A DNA stretch of 64,000 bases from Octopus sinensis (GCF_006345805.1 NC_043000.1:70122001-70186000), one strand, 5' to 3'; positions 28,511 to 42,970 are shown, counted from the first letter of the stretch. Made by a program: numbers and translations. Notes: generated from the letters alone by a model not told the origin.

Positions 28511-29360
28511 TGTTTCTTTATTAGCCACACAGGGCTGCACACAGACGGGACAGATTACAAAGTAGAGCTTTTCTTTTTAGGTAAAAATATTTTTTAAAGG
28601 GATCGTAAAAGGGAAAGAAGAAGAAGAAGAAGAAGAAGAAGAAGAAGAAGAAGAAGAAGAAGAAGAAGAAGAAGAAGAAGAAGAAGAAGAAGAAGAAGAA
28701 GAAGAAGAAGAAGAAGAAGAAGAAGAAGAAGAAGAACGATCAATAAGGATCGTGTATCACAGTGTCATGATGTAAAGTATAAAAGGGGAAGCAGATAAGG
28801 TTTATCCGTGGGAAGAAAAGCCTACGGAAAAGACCACGGTAACCTCGGTCAATGATGTTACATGTTACCACATTTGTTTGCAAGTAGGTAACCCTCTGTT
28901 TTAAATTTCCGGGGTTCATAGGATTATGCTCAAGGTGGCTTCGTCATTCATACGTGCCATCCTTGCTACATTCACCCATCTTTTTTAAAAACATTCGCTA
29001 GACAAAACTTGCCTCTCTACTCTCACTTTCCTTTTCAAGTGATATTTGAAGACGTTGATGAGAGATTGACCAGAGAGGAAAGTGTTTGTCTCCAATCCTT
29101 TCAGACGCGTCCACCCGATACATTCTTTTGCCATAGCCACAAGGATGATAAAAATAGCTCTTCCTTCCTGTTTGAATGAAAGAGGGGTGACAATATTGAC
29201 GATAGACTCGGCTGATAAACCGACTCGTCCCACACGTGACAGCAGTTGTTCGACATAGGCCCACATGTCGGAAATTGTTGGACACTGCACGAGTGGGTGC
29301 ATTTCGTCACTCTGACTGCATCTCAGGCAGGTCGGCCCCGTGTTTCTCGAGCCGTGTCTG
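28511..29360 (-). mobile_element. 5'-truncated Tx1-like LINE, copy B (sister subfamily), with (TTC)n in the 3' UTR
   Basis: 28985-29360 is homologous to 29988-30360 (EQLLSRVGRVGLSAESIVNIV). 3' end GCCCTGTGTGGCTAATAAAGAAACA. Confidence 0.9.
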
Positions 29361-29630
<270 letters not shown>

Positions 29631-29899
29631 ACTTTTTATTGTAGCCACACAGGGCTAAACACAGAATAAAAATGGACGAAATACAATGTAGAATTTTTTC
29701 TTTTCGAGGTGGGATGGGTGGGGCACAAAAAAAACATTTGATCAATAGGGATCTGTGGGTTGTGTGGTGTATAAAAAGCAATATATATATATATATAAGG
29801 TTCACAGTTTAGGTGTAGCCTTGGAAAGAAAAACCTACAAAAAAGACCAAGGTCACCTCAGACAGTTCGAAAATGAACACATGAGTAAGTCGCCTTACT

Positions 29900-32800
29900 T
29901 CTCGTTGTCTCTTTTGATTACAGATTTATGCTTAAAATAGTGTCGTCTTTCATACTGGCCATTTTTGCCACTTTTACCCACTTTTTATTAAAACATTCGT
30001 TCGACAAAGCCTTCCTCTCTATTCTCATCCTCCTTTTCAAAAAAGTTGACGAGAGACTGACCAGAGAGGAAGGTGTTTGTTTGCAGTCCTTTCAAACGCG
30101 TCCACCACACACATTCTTTCGTCATAGCCATCAGCGTAACGAAAACCGTTTTCCCTTCCCGTTTAAAGGAAGGTGGTGGAACAATATTCACGATAGACTC
30201 AGCCGATAGGCGGGCCCGACCTACACGTGACAACAGCTGTTCGACGAAGGTCCACAGCTCTGAAATATCTGGACACTGCACGAGTGCGTGCAGAACGGTT
30301 TCGTCGCTCTGACCGCATCTCGGGCAGGTCGGTCCGGTGATGGTTTTCGAACCGTGTCTGTAGCTCTTCTCTCGAACAGGTAGTGCGTCTCGATAGCACT
30401 GCCAAGCCAGGGATTTCTGGAAGTTATCCATAGGCCCCGGCCCGAACGTCGTCCTGAACAGGCGGGTTAGGAATTTCTCGTCGACGCCCAGGTTTGCCCC
30501 GAGTGTGTCGTCGGACCTCCCCTCCACTAGTCCTCTATAGAACGCTTTAGTCGTTTGTAAGTTGCACAAGTTTGACCCCGGTCGGCAGAGCTGCTGTAGA
30601 GCTTGGCGACACTCTCAGTGCCAATCGCCCAGTTTCGGTCTCTTCTTGATCCACGTTTGCAGTTCGGTCAGTGAGACGAGCTGCGGGAAGGCGCGCCTCA
30701 CAAACGGCGCCCACACCTGTTCACCGTCGTCGATGAAGTTCCAGAGATGCCACAGTCTCAGCGCATGCCTGCGCATCATCAACCACGGCATGCCCAGTCC
30801 TCCATTCAACGGATGTTGACAGCAAATGGACTTCCTCACCATCGGAACGCCACCCTTCCACAGGAAGCGGAAGAGTATGCGTTCCAGTTTGATGATGGTG
30901 GCGTCGGGACAAGGTACGACGGTCAGGCGGTAATCGATGACGGATGCGATGTACGCGTTCGCCACCTCCGCCCGGCCTTTTAGAGACAGCTTTCTCTCGG
31001 CCCATGTTTGGCTGAGAGCGACCACTCTACTCGTGATCTCGTCCCAGTTCTTATCTATTTGGAGGTCCGGACTGAACCAGACCCCGAGCAATTTAACGGG
31101 TCCGTCCGTCCAGCGTCCCGCTACTGAGCCGCAGTCGGACGGCATGGGCTTGCTTCTCCAGTTGCCGAGTAGCAAACCCACTGACTTTTGCGGTTTAATC
31201 TTCGCTCCCGTCACCGTTTCGTATTTTCTTAGTGCCTCGCCTATCATCTAGATGTGTTTGTCGCTCGACACTATGACGGTGACATCGTCCGCATATGCCG
31301 ACACGCTCGTCCCGCAACCCAGTTCCCGTGGGATGCCCCCCAGTGTCGCCAGCTTCCGCAGTAGCGGCTCGAGAGTCAATACATACAGAAGCGCCGACAG
31401 GGGACATCCCTGACGGACCGAACGCGTGATGTCAAACGGTTTCGACATGTGACCGTTCACCCGAATCACCGTTCGGATGCCGCTATACAAGGCAGCGATC
31501 CAACCGCGGAAGACGGGACCGAAGCCAGCCGCTCTGAGGACGGCCGCCAAGTACCGATGGTCGACCCTATCGAAGGCTTTAGACTGATCCAAATTGATCA
31601 GCGCCCCACCCATGCCAGGATCCTTAACTACCCTGTCCACAATGTAGCGCATCAGATGGAGGTTGTCATGTATGGTTCTGCCCGGCACGGCGCATGTTTG
31701 CGCCCAGTCGACCAGTTTACCAATGACAAGCGTCAGCCTTTCGGCTATTACTTTGGCCAAAATTTTCAAATCTGCGTTGAGCAGAGTGATGGGCCTGAAA
31801 TTATCTATAAAATTTCCCTTGTTTGGGTCTTTCTTCAGCAACGTCACTGCACCTCGGCTCACGAAACCGGGGATTCTCCCGTTTTGTTGCCAGTTGCAGA
31901 TGCCAAGAGGTCGCCAAACAAGTCTGGCATTTGACAATACAGCTCGTAGGGTAAACCATCCAATCCAGGCGACTTATCCCTTGCGCAGCACTGAAATCCA
32001 TCCCGCGTTCTGACCCACCACTCGCACCAAACAGTCGAGCAAAGTGCTGTTGAAAGGCCTTACACATCTTTTCGGGTTCGAGTAAACTGCATCCCTGTTG
32101 ATCTATTAGAGATCGAATGGTGGATCTGTTGCCACGCTGCGCCTCCGCTACCCAGGCCCCTCGCGCAGCTTCGGTCCCTTCGTTCCTTAAGGCACGCATT
32201 TTAGCTCTGACGACGCAACCTTTGTGCTTGGCGTTGAGGTGTTGGTCGAGGGCCATACTCGCAACCAGCACGTTGGTTGCGCTGCCAGTGGTAAGTGCCC
32301 CTTCTAGTTTCTTAACTATCGCTAATTCCTTGCTAAACCTAATTGATTCCGATGTTATTGCCATTTTCAGGGCGAACCACCAGCGGTTGTTAACGACGGC
32401 TCCCGTCAGCGCCCAATTAATTAACTCGCTAATCCGGTTCCTGTAAACCTGTCGCGCTAACAGCGACGTGTTCAGTTTCCAGTAACCGGGACCCTGTCTA
32501 TGTGTCTTATCTAAGTCGAGCGTACACGTCACAAATTTGTGATCTGTGTAGCTGACTATTTTGGACATCCTACACTATCCATATCCGCTGTCCTGCATAG
32601 AATTCTGTCTAGATAAGATCTCGACGATCCGACGCGGTTTGTCCAAGTCCACGTTGGCAAGTTCGGATGGGCGAGTCGGAATCTGTCAGACAAATGGAAA
32701 CGTCTGAGTAGGTCTTTGAGGCACTTACACCCCCTTCTATTCCTATCCATTCCCACATAATCTAGATGCGTGTCCAAGGTATCGTTCCAATCCCCTACTA

Positions 32801-33212
32801 ACAGTAAAGGTCTAGACGTACCCAGGAAAACCTCTAGACGTCTGAAGAAATCCGCCCGACCCGTCAAGGACGGTGCATAAACTGCCATCAGACGGAATGC
32901 ACACCCATTTCTGCCATCCACGTCCAAGACAACCAGCCTACCCTCCGGGTCTAGGAATATTGTTCTTACTTTTACATTTAGACTCTTTCGAAAAAGCACC
33001 GCGGTACCTCCACCACCCATGTTCGGCAGACAGGGAGAAAAATAAATGTCAAATTGATCGCCAAACATGGACGCGAGGGCCCGCGGCTTGCTGAGTCTGG
33101 TTTTACTGATAGCTACTATATCCACGTTCAGTGACTTGATGTCGTTTAGAAGGTAACCTTGCTTCCAAGCCGACGCCAAGCCACGCGCATTCACACAACC
33201 TAATTTAAGCAT
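29900..33212 (-). pseudogene. Tx1 ORF2 (APE-RT-zinc finger), broken by a few frameshifts
   Basis: APE: GCVNARGL..DIVAISKTRL..AVYAPS..LVGDWN..SYLDRI. RT: NFRPITLLNADLKILAK, LDQSKAFDRVDH, VRQGCPLSALLY, YADD. C-terminus: CPRCGQSDETVLHALVQC. Confidence 0.9.
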
Positions 33213-33286
33213 AATTGACGTTTACGAAAATTGTGTTTCACACACTACATTGGTAGAGACAAGAGGCAAGAGGGAAGGTCACTTAC

Positions 33287-34700
33287 TCATTTCGAAAGTT
33301 CATTTTTTTCTTCTTCTTTTGTAGTGTCTTTGATGAGGTGTTTGTATAGTTTTTTGGAGAGGTATCGTTGAAACCCGCCTACCGCATTTGGAAATATTGT
33401 TTTCAGTGTATGGTGTAGTGTTTGTGTTATGTGTACAATTCTTATGTGTTTCGGTGGTGTGGTGCGCGGATGATTGTTTGTCTTAAAGTCATCTTCACAG
33501 ATGTCCGTGTTGTATGCAATGTAATCCATTAATTTTTTATTGTCTGTGTCTATTGCAGTTAGTTGTGTGTGTGGTTTTGCGGGTTCATTGATTTTTTGAT
33601 TGTCTAGGGAGATGCTGTCCGGAGTTAAATATCTCCCTGCTTTACTTCCTTGTTTGGTGGGCTTTTTTGATATTTTCCTTGTACCCCCTGTGGCTATTTG
33701 CCATTCCGTCGAACTTTCGTTGTCCGACGTATCAGAAGGGGGTAAAGGCAAAGCATTTGCGTTAATATGTATGCTTGTAGAAATTGTTGATGTTTTGTGC
33801 GGTGTTTGTGTTGTTGTGGTGTTAGGGGTAGAATTTGTCTTCTCGTCACTGTTTTCTGTCTTTTTAATTGTCGTCCTTGGTGTTGGTGTGGATCTATCTT
33901 TTGGTTCAGCATGATGAATTAGTTGCGACGTTAACGGTGATTGTGTTGGTACTGTTTCTTTTCTTGGTTTGTTGTTTTTCTTGGCATTGTTCCATAATTG
34001 AGTGTGTTGGTGTTGGTGTTGGCAACAAGGGTTTTTTATTTGTTTTCTGATTTGTTCTTTCTTGTTTTTTCTGTGCCAGAGCGCACTTGGCAATTAAATG
34101 CTCTGGGCTGCCACAGTTGTAGCATCTAGGCTTTTTGCCTTCTGCCACAACATATAGGCTTTGCCCATTTTCTAAGTGGATCCTATCGGGTAGGTTCTCG
34201 ATAGAGGCCCCCTCAATCTGGATGGTCACTACTATTGTTTTTCCACCCCAATTGTCGTTTAGGTACACGGCGGTTTCTAAAATATTTATCTTTTTCAATT
34301 GGTAACAGATTGCCCCTGTTATCCATTTGTTCGGGATCTCGGGGGGTACATTTTTAATAGTAATTCTACTCACTCACTGGCCTTTGTAATAAGGTACCAT
34401 TTTGATATCATCATTTTCCAAAGACTCGGTAGAGTGAGCTTTTGCCACTTCCTGGTTAGGGAAGCGGACCACTACTGTGTTAAACTGGGGACCCCAGTTT
34501 ATATATTCTTTTTTTTTCATTATGTTTTTTAAACATTTTTCTATATCCGTTTTTGTAATCTGTTCATTTTGTTTTTTGTTTTTTCTTATAATTTTATATA
34601 TAATTGTCTTATTTTCTATTTGTTCCTTTATGTGTTGAGGTGTATGCAGCACTAAATCTTGCCCTCGGGTTGTAAAGAGAGCTCTCGTTTCTATTAATTC
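33287..34700 (-). pseudogene. Tx1 ORF1 (RRM-like, CCHC zinc knuckle, Thr/Pro/Lys-rich tail), frameshifted
   Basis: RITIKNVPPEIP (RRM-like) and CYNCGSPEHLIAKC (CX2CX4HX4C), located upstream of ORF2. Confidence 0.75.
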
Positions 34701-35321
34701 TTCATTTGTAAATTTTACAATTTCTTTTTTCTGACGCAGAGTGTCAGCGAAATTTACTGGTGTTGTTGATTCTTTTATATTAACATCTTCACTATTAGAT
34801 AGTTCATTTTTATTGTTGTTCTTGTTGTTGTTGTTGTTTTTCTTAATAGTATTCGCGTGAATTTCATTTTTATCATTTATGTTGGTCGTGGTGGTGGTGG
34901 TGGAAGTTGGGGGGGGGGGTAGCAGTAGTAGTCTCGTTGTTGTTGTTGTTAGTGGTGGTGGTGACAGGGCTGTTACCGCAAGTGGTTGCAGCGTTCACTA
35001 CCACGTCATTCAGGTTTGCATTTTGCGTGCATAAGTTCTTTTTTTCTCCTAGCGTTTCCAGACTAGGAAAATGCTGGTCCATAAAGGAATGCGACCAGCG
35101 TTCTACAATAAAATTTCTCGACATTTTTTAATGTCGAGAAGAAAATTACACAAATTAAATAGGGTTGAAACTACCCCTAGGGGCGAATTCCTCCCTTGGA
35201 AAAGCACTCAAACGAAAGTTGGGTGCCTTACACACCTTATTTACAAAAATGTACACAAAATATGGGCTATAAATAGTCAAAATAAACGATTACCTTCGGA
35301 GCCGAAGTGACAGCACGTCCG

Positions 35322-35367
<46 letters not shown>

Positions 35368-35368
35368 T

Positions 35369-35414
<46 letters not shown>

Positions 35415-35419
35415 GGATG

Positions 35420-35472
<53 letters not shown>

Positions 35473-35488
35473 TAGATAGATAGATAGC

Positions 35489-35520
<32 letters not shown>

Positions 35521-35573
35521 CAGACAGGCAGACAGGCAGACAGGCAGAGAGGCAGACAGAAAGACAGACAGAC

Positions 35574-35656
<83 letters not shown>

Positions 35657-35669
35657 CAGACAGATAGAT
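35322..35669. repeat. (GATA)n/(GACA)n microsatellite
   Basis: Directly visible. Abuts the Tx1 5' end. Confidence 0.97.
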
Positions 35670-35899
35670 TGGGCAGGCTAAATTTAATGAGGGTCTGAAC
35701 TCTTGGAGAGGACATGGGCACCACCAAACATTTCTAAAGTCCACTGAAATACAATAATGACCACACAGACAAGACTTAACTAGCCATATCAGTCAGGACC
35801 CGGAAAACCAATGGCTACACCCTCTAGTGCTATTTCCCAGAGTGTGCCTGAACAATGTGCAACTGGAATGACAATAGCAGTGACAAAGATACGTACACT

Positions 35900-37400
35900 A
35901 ACAACCTTCAGCCTTCCCAAGTCAATATTGTCTTTGAGACACGGAACGTCCGCACCCTGTATGTTTGTGAATGGTTTAAGAAACTTACTCACGAACTTAA
36001 CAGGTACACCTGGGATATCCTAGGGCTGGCTGAAATCAAGTAAACTGGATTTGACGAGACAACAAGTGAAGGCTACAAACTGGGATACAGTGGATATGAC
36101 ACCAAGCATAAACATGGAATAGGCTTCTTCGTTAACAAGGTCACAGTAAGCTCAGTCATGAGTTATACACTAGTATCCAGCAGGCTCCTCACCATACACG
36201 TGTCTGCAAGACCACTGAATACTACCATCATATAAGTTTATGCGCCAGCGCTTGAACATGATGATGATATCATTGAAGAATTCTATGAGAACCTGGAGAT
36301 AGCTCCTAAAAAAGATGTCTTCATCGTCCAGGGAGACTGGAACGCCAGAGTAATCTTGGATGCAAATGACCAATGGGTTATAACAGTGGGACGATTCTGA
36401 CCCGGAAAACCAACGATTGTGGATTGCGACTCATAGAATTTGCTAATAAACCCAATCTAACCCTAGTCAACAAACTGTTCCCACACAAGACCTCGCGCAG
36501 AAGTAGGCATGCGCCTAGAAGTAAGACTCACAACCAAATTGGTTTCATCCTCGCATCTCAAAAGTTCAAGTCTAGCATCAAGAAGGCTAAGACTAAGAAA
36601 TTCCTTGGTGTCATGATCATGATTTGGTCATGATAATAACGATGCTCAAATTGAAAAGGCCCCACAAGAAGAGTCACACGTATTGGGTTTGAAAGATCAC
36701 TGGGTTGCAACGGTGCTTGAGCCGATACTAGGTGGCTGGTTTACAACCCTTAACTTTCTGGAAGATGATAAACTTGCTGAACAGCATCAAAAAGCACTTC
36801 AGGAAATGGCTCTAGACGTTCTAAGCAAAGGAAGAAGGAAAAAACATGTGTCCCTAATGACATCTTGGTTGTATGTGATTAAGACTGAACTTGAGGATGA
36901 TCAAGCTAACGGGTCTGAAGGTGAGTCAGCAATACAATACTGTATATAAGAAAGTTAGGAAGGAAATGAAGGAGACCAAAGAGAAATTGACAGCAGACTA
37001 GTGCAAGGCTGGGATAAAGAAGGACAACAGCAAGGTTGCTTATGAAACCTTCAAAATCTTAACAAAAGCAAAGAAACACGCAACCACTAACATTGAGGAG
37101 AAAATCGGTCTGCTTCTCGCGGTCTGAGCATTGCAAAGACCTTTACAATCAAACATTATAGCAATATCGTAGACAATTCCAACAACAACAGAGAACTTGG
37201 GGATTCTCCAATTCTTCAGGAGGAAGTTGAAATGGCCGTGCACATGCTCAAAAATGGGAAATCCCCAAGAATAGCTAATGTCTCATCTGAGCTCCTAAAA
37301 CATGGAGGGCCAAAGCTTATCAAGGCATTAACAATTACCTATCAGAAGATATGGGTGACAAAGCAGTAACCAAAGGAGTTGACCAAATCACTGAGGATAT
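35900..37400 (+). mobile_element. Decayed RTE-clade LINE, endonuclease and linker
   Basis: NVRTL..ELNRYTWDILGLAEI..HGIGFFV..SSRLLTI..VYAP..EEFYE..VQGDWNA..NDCGLRLIEFA..NLTLVN. Confidence 0.75.
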
Positions 37401-37415
37401 GTAGGTGATTTTATA

Positions 37416-37469
<54 letters not shown>

Positions 37470-37475
37470 TATATA

Positions 37476-39444
37476 TAAGGAAATGAAGAAAATGCTGACA
37501 AAATAATTTAAGTAAGGGAGAGTGTTTTTAATTAGGTGAAAGTTCTTTTTACCGGTTGCGCATTTGTTATGCTTATCAAAAGATATTTTTTTTAAGAGAG
37601 ATAGAGTTCCTTTCTGATAGATTTTTTTCTCTTATCTGACTTTATGTTGGGTTTGCTGTCTCTTATATGTGAAAAAAGAGGCTCCAGAGTTGTTTAAGAT
37701 TTGCTTGGTTTCGCGCCTAAAATTTCTTGTGGACAATGGTCAATATAATTTTGATTGGTCATTATAAAGGGGTCACGTGAATGTTTGAATAGAAGTTGGT
37801 GTTGGGGTAAGAAAATAGGCTCCAGAGATGTTAAAATTTGGCTAGTGTCGCGCCTAAAATTTCTTATTGGTCATAATAAAGAGGTCACGTGGATGTGGTC
37901 ATAATAGAGAGGTGACGTGAATGTTTAGAATGAATGTTGATGTGGGTGGTGTATGGAGTTTTCGAAAATAGCGTTGTTGAAAATTCTTATTGTTCAGGCT
38001 GGTCAGTAGACGTCATGTGGATATTTTAAATAGCTTTTTAGCGCGTAGTTAAGGAGTGTATTTTCCACTTGACTGAATTTGAGCTGGATAAGTAAGTTCG
38101 TTTAGGACAGGAAGAGCTATATGTATGTATGTGTGCGCGCGCGCGTGTGTGTGTGTGTGTGTGTTTATATGTATGTTGGGGCGCGCGCGCGTGTATATAT
38201 GTGTGCGTGTGTGGGTACAATTTTCAATATTTATAGTTCTGCTGGCCTTGTGCCTGTATCGGGAAGCAACGTGTTTGTGTGAAGTCAATATTTACAGTCA
38301 TTTCCAAAAAATAGTGTTGGATGTTTTGCACCCGTATCAAATTATGTGTATGTGTGGAACCATATATTTGCGTGTGTCATGGTGTTAATATCTGGGTAAA
38401 AGTGTGTGTAGGGTGTGTGCAGGTGTAAGTGTGTTTGTTGTGGGTTCGTGTTAGGGGGATGTGTTTAGATGTGGTCTGTATTTATTAATAAGGTGGGATT
38501 CCATGGTTATTCGCTGGGTATGAGTGGCATTGTCTTTAAATTTGTAGAGGGGAAAGATTCTAAAATTGGGATGAAGTTGTGCGGCACAGGTATCAATATG
38601 TGCACTAAGTGCTATTTTTCTGTATTCCTGTATTTTTATTTGGGATCTATGGACAGTCATGCGTTGGCGGAGGCTATTTTTAGTTTGGCCTATGTAGTGT
38701 TCATTACAGCCCGAGCAAGTTAAGACATATACTAGGTTTTCTGATGCGCATGTGAAGTTGTGTTTTACTGTGAAACGTTGTCCTTGTTTAAAAAGGAATT
38801 CCGGACCTTCTATTAGGTTGATGCATATACCACAGTTGGGTCTATTGCATTTGTTTACTGTGGGTTTAGTTGTTGTGGTTGGCAGTACTTTGGCATTTGT
38901 TAGGATGGTTTTCAATGATTTGGGTTGCATTTTGCTCTTTATGATTTCGTGTGTTAGGAGGATTTGGTTCATTCTATGGTCCTTTTTTAATACAGGAATG
39001 TTCTGGAGGATGGTGTCAAAAGCTTCATTGTTGAGGGGGTTGTGTGTAGAGATGTATGGTAGAGTATGGGGTTTCGATGTAACAGGTTTAGGGCGTCTAA
39101 GTTCCTGTGTGCTGAGTTTTAGGGCGCGTTGGATCCCATTGTCAATTAGTGACGTGGGGTAATCCCTGCTTGTTAATGTGTCCTTAAGTTCTTGTAGACG
39201 TAAGAGACGAGTGTTTTTATTGGAGACTATAGTGCAAATTCTCTTGGCTAAGTTGTAGGGAATGTTAATTTTAACGTGTCTAGGGTGGCATGAATTGAAA
39301 GGGAGGTATTGCTTGGAGTCTGTGGGCTTGTAGCATATGTCTGTTTCTATTTTTTTGTTGTGAATTTTAATGAGGATGTCGAGGAAGGGAATTTGTTGAG
39401 GGCTGTATTCCATTGTGAAAATAATGTTTGTGTTGAGCCCATTT

Positions 39445-39448
<4 letters not shown>
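37476..39448 (-). mobile_element. 5'-truncated Penelope-like element (Neptune-type), RT thumb, GIY-YIG and ~1-kb 3' UTR
   Basis: Open 320-aa ORF at 38451-39413: IPFLDI..YKPTDSKQYL..SCHP..KCNRPNCGIC (Cys linker typical of Neptune)..VYVLTCSGCNEHYIGQT..RMTVH. (TA)n on both sides. Confidence 0.9.
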
Positions 39449-39482
<34 letters not shown>

Positions 39483-39514
39483 GTGCTTTCACATATATAT
39501 ATATATATATATAT

Positions 39515-40700
39515 GAAAGAAGGTTTGAAAATGCAATTTTTAAGATGTTTATTCACTTGACCGATTTCACTTTTTTAGAAAAAGATTGTCAAAAGTAAAA
39601 TGTTAAGCTTTGTATGAGCTTTGTTGTGTTAAGTACTGGTTATCACAATAGTATTAAAAAACAGAAATACATTCTTTAATAATAAGAAGAAAATGTTAAA
39701 AACAGTTTACAAGAAAGTATTTGCGAAAGTAATCAGAACGGGACTGTGTGATTGACTGTTATTAACACAAAAGAGCCATTTGAATGACCGCTAAGTAAGG
39801 GGAGGGAATAAGAGTAAGGGGGTAAAAAAAGTTCATAGTATTCGCGTGAGGTGACCTTCAATATAGGCAAGTATTTCTTAGCACTGATAGATAGGCATTT
39901 TCCAGTCAACCATACTTACAGGAAGCTCTTCAATAGACACAACTTAAAAATCAGTTTCAGCTCAACTACTAATTTTTAAAATATAATCGTACACAACACA
40001 CAAAAACCACAATACGAAACCAGCTGTTCATGCATTGATAAGAATTTTTGCCCGCTAAATGGAGTTTGCATATCCTAGACAATCATTTACGAAGCCACCG
40101 TGGACTCTATACCCACTAAAGACACGATTTCGACGAAGAAATACGTGGGCCTTACAGAGGGTAATTTCAATGCCAGGTTCAATACTCACACCTTGAGTTT
40201 AGACACTGGGATAAAAGGAAAACGACCAAATTATCCAGTCATATATGGTCATTAAAAGATAAAGGTGTCAGTTACAACATCCATTGGAAGATCTTAGCCA
40301 AGTGTAAGCCCTACACCAACGGCAGTGGAAAGTGCGGTCTATGTGATATGGAAAGAAGGCTCATCTGGAAAAGCAGCTTAGACCCCGCTACATGTCTGAA
40401 TTCAAGAACTGAACCATTCGGATCATGCCCATATGTGCCTAAATATTTGTTACGTTTTTGGTCCCCCACCCGAGACTACAGATAGAAGTTGTTTTCTATA
40501 TTGTGCCTTTTCTATATTGTGGCGAATGGTGAGAGTGAGGATGTGTACGTTTTCAAGTGAGGGTGGATGAATGTATACTTTTAGGCGCATGCACGTGGGT
40601 GTGCGGGCGCGCATGTGTAGGTATGGTCATTCAAATAGCTCTTTTGTCTTAATAACGGTCAATCACACATTAATTTCCCTTTGTATAACGATCATTTTTC
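39515..40700 (+). mobile_element. Penelope-like element (Nematis-like) GIY-YIG 3' fragment with an upstream inverted terminal segment
   Basis: IYEATV..KKYVGLTEGNFNARFNTH..(frameshift)..TKLSSHIWSLK..YNIHWKIL..KCGLCDME..LNSRTE at 40085-40480. 39743-39790 is an inverted homolog of 40625-40670. Confidence 0.72.
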
Positions 40701-41769
40701 ATAGCATTTTTCCGATGCCCGGATAACTGAAGATATGGCGGCGTGCCAAATTTAGATAAATTACCTACTATAAGGTGAGCACACCTTATAGTTACGGAGA
40801 TGTTCTTGCATAACAAGTGACTTGATCTGAGATCGTGTGCTGAAACAAAAACAATTGCAGCGTAGCAGATGTTTGTAAGCCATTCAAGAACACACGAAAA
40901 CCGTTAGTTTCACTTCAACATTTATATTTCATAACCAGCACACACAATGATATAAACATGTATACACACACATAAATACGTATTATCTTACCTTACAGTA
41001 TACACATATATAAGTTTATCCATCTACACATATGTGTCTTTATTTTCACAGACAACGGTTAAATTCAAATATTTATCATATTTCTTCCTTTTTGTATTTC
41101 ACGTAGACATATACAAATATATTTGCATATATATATATATATATACATATACGTACATGCGTATACACATTCATACACATATATATACCCGCACATACAC
41201 ACACATACGTACATATTTCTTTACTTCATACACACACATACGTACATACATATAAATTTATGTACATTCATATATATATATATATATATATTAATAGTAA
41301 TAGAATGACAACAAAAGAATGAATGAGACCTCGATATTATGTAAATACAGGAATTTATCTGTAATATAATAACTGATAATTATTCAGTTGCCATAATAAA
41401 ACTCCCAGTTTCGAATGTCGGGGCGGAAATCGAAATCTGCTCCGTCATCTCGCAAGAATATGGCCGTTAAACAAAGGGAAATTACAATGTAAATGATCAT
41501 TATTAAGACAAACAAAAGAGCTATTAGATTGACCGTTAAATAAAGGGAAAAAACCCGAATGGGAGAAAGTAAAAAAACGCTCATAGAATTCGTACATGTG
41601 CCTGTATGCATATGCTCACTCACACTCGCGTGAAACACATACTGCACACCCACACACACACCTATATGTGCACATATATATGCAACCATACACATGTACA
41701 CATACATATCCGCGCACGCGCACATACATACACATGTACACATAGCCATACTCGCGCAATTATATTCAT

Positions 41770-42790
41770 AAACATGTCTAAATTTATAACGAAATTAATA
41801 AAGAAGCTAGCGTCATCGCTGCCAGACTTAAATTAGATTTAAAAAATAGAGGTCCTTCCAAAAAAAGAGGCCTTTATAACTATTAAAGACCATAAAAATA
41901 ATTTTCTATCTAATTCTAAATGTAGGCTTATCAGAACTTGGTATTATTAGTAAAGAAATTTTAGGAAAAATTATTGCAAAAGTCGGGAATGCTACTAGGT
42001 TAGTACAATGGTCGAATAGTATAGAAGTCGTTGACTGGTTTAAAGCCATTACGAATAAGAATAAAGGGAGATTGACGCAATTCAATATTGTCGATTTCTA
42101 TGCCTCTATCTAAGGAACTGCTAGATAAAGCTCTCACCTTCGCAAGCAAATTTATAGAAATTAGTTGACAAGATCAGGACATAATCTTCCATGCTACGAA
42201 GACTTAACTCTTCAGTGAGAATGCAAAGTGGGTCAAGACTACCTATACAGAGGGTGCTTTCGATGTGAGCATAGGGTCATATGATGGAGCAGGCATATGC
42301 AATCTCATTAGACTATTCTTACTCGATACGTTGAGCAAGACTTTTTCTGGCGTATTTTTCGCCATTTACAAAGATGATGTCCTCGCTTTAACCACAAATA
42401 CCAATGGACCAGCGCAAGATCGGTTTAGGAAGGACATTATGAAAATGGTGAAAACTTTCGGTCTTAGCATAATTACAGATATCAACCTGACGGTTGTCAA
42501 TTTCCTACATGTATCCTTAGATTTAAATAAGAATATTAACAATAGACTTAGTTAAGAGTATATGTTAACATACTGGGCTTCTATACTACTTGTCTAAGCC
42601 ATGTTTTCATGTTTTCTTTCCTTTACATTCTTATTTTGTTTATACTATATGTTCTTGTTTTTCACTCTGATGAAAATTCATTGCCTTAATTCGAATGCCC
42701 CATGAAGATGAAGAATTTTATTCTCGCATTTATGTATAGACTGCATTTTAGCAATCTGATCAGTAACGGCCGTAAGATATGTTACGTTAC
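41770..42790 (+). mobile_element. Penelope-like RT fragment (Nematis-like) plus terminal region
   Basis: AFITIKDHKNNF..CRLI, FDVSIGSYDGAGICNLI..YKDDVLA..GP..RFRKDI..GLSI..VNFL. Confidence 0.75.
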
Positions 42791-42970
42791 CTATTTAGTA
42801 ATGTCATGCTTTGTATTAAAAAACGAGCTACAGATGTGGTCCAACAGATGTGTTGGCTAATCCGTTAATTATTTGCATTGTTATATATATGCGTGTGTGT
42901 GTATACGTATGTACGTATGTATGCGTACGTGAATGTGTGTATATATATATAATATATATAATATATATAT

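Larger units (their letters stand above)
29631..35321 (-). mobile_element. Near full-length Tx1/L1-clade LINE, copy A (5.7 kb; 5' UTR, ORF1, ORF2, 3' UTR)
   Basis: Has an AP endonuclease, an RT with YADD, a zf-RVT-like finger and ORF1 with a CCHC knuckle. (GATA)n lies at both ends. Confidence 0.93.

Noticed and set aside
40767-40792. 11-bp hairpin as a Helitron 3' end
   Set aside because: There is no CTRR terminus downstream and no 5' TC partner or RepHel remnant.
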